This document shows positions 63,440 to 64,000 of a DNA stretch of 64,000 bases, one piece after another. Under the pieces are notes generated by a model, which was not told where the DNA came from, did not search any database, and worked only from the letters and a program-made list of their open reading frames with translations. The translations under genes were made by a program, and so were the position numbers. This DNA is from Raillietiella orientalis. Taxonomy: Eukaryota. The number at the start of each line of letters is the position of its first letter. Position 1 is the stretch's first letter. The DNA lies in contig JAYWIR010000005.1 of assembly GCA_036172245.1 (NCBI GenBank), positions 372,001 to 436,000 on the forward strand. The letters are read 5' to 3'.

Positions 63440-64000
63440 ATGTCTGAGGATTCGATAACCTGGCCCGTTGGTAATGTACAAGTCGTGAGCGTGGTCAGAA
63501 TTACGTGGTTTCTCTAGTCCAGTTCCCGGTCATCCCCTCAGCCAAGCATTACGAGTATTCTGTGCGTGATGGACGTCCCGCACTTACTGCTTCCGTGAGT
63601 GGTATACAGTTCGAGGGACGATGTGTCCCCAACCCGTCCTATACGACGTATCTGGCGGTGGTCAACAAAAGGAAGAAAACCGTGGAGATAGTGGAAGCTG
63701 GTTTATTCTCTATGAATCCGAAGTTCGCAAACGGAGAGGAGGACAGCGTGCCTGACACGGTGAATAAGTCCATGTTCGAGGAAAGGGTGATGCAGTTTGG
63801 CACAAAAAGAGCCACTCAAGCCCTCATTCGATCGCAAAAAGTTGATTTGTGCCCCGATCTACGGTTAGCCCACATGAAAAAAGTTGTCAAGAAGATTATC
63901 CGCACCGTGGATAACGACAAGAAGACTGCGACGCCAGAGGAAGTTTTATTTCCAGTTTGCAATTATGATGCTAGTACGCCAAAAGAGGCGTATAACATGT
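63440..64000 (+). CDS. POLR1E: DNA-directed RNA polymerase I subunit RPA49 (PAF53/A49-like), 5' part, truncated by the window end
   Basis: Exon 63440-63470 (MSEDSITWPV), 47-nt GT-AG intron, then an open frame from 63518 to the end: VQFP..YLAVVNKRKKTVEIVEAGLFSMNP..FGTKRATQAL..LFPVCNYDASTPKEAYNM. This matches the A49 motifs (YxVGVxxKxxxxMEV..LFxMxP; FGT-K..AL; PPC..A..PEDVY). Confidence 0.85.

Noticed and set aside
1..64000. CRISPR array, operon, prophage or intact transposon
   Set aside because: No regularly spaced repeats, and no transposase, reverse transcriptase or integrase ORFs, LTRs or TIRs were seen; the architecture is that of spliced animal genes.

Overview
Eukaryotic, intron-containing genomic DNA from a compact animal genome. 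It is most likely an arthropod (pancrustacean or hexapod-like), judged from the Spen SPOC domain and TMEM198 C-terminal motifs. Four conserved genes can be modelled exon by exon with GT-AG, phase-consistent introns, many only 44-87 nt long. They are spen/SHARP (minus, 21428->3703, 19 exons including one of 7.46 kb, ~3527 aa), TMEM198 (minus, 44790->39842), boule (plus, ~60011->62539) and the 5' part of RNA polymerase I subunit RPA49/POLR1E (plus, 63440->window end). Between them lie several low-confidence multi-exon orphan genes and many microsatellites and homopolymer runs. The best leads are: (1) a 450-nt stop-free, in-frame GT-AG segment (candidate exitron) in boule that carries a basic NLS-like patch; (2) sharply bounded CpG-depleted blocks, one covering boule, while the housekeeping genes spen and RPA49 stay CpG-rich; (3) candidate microexons in spen; (4) a W->R change in spen RRM1. 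I found no prokaryotic-type system, CRISPR array, tRNA/rRNA or recognisable transposon, and I cannot support a wholly new biological system from this sequence alone. Most entries in the ORF track are spurious GC-rich or antisense frames.
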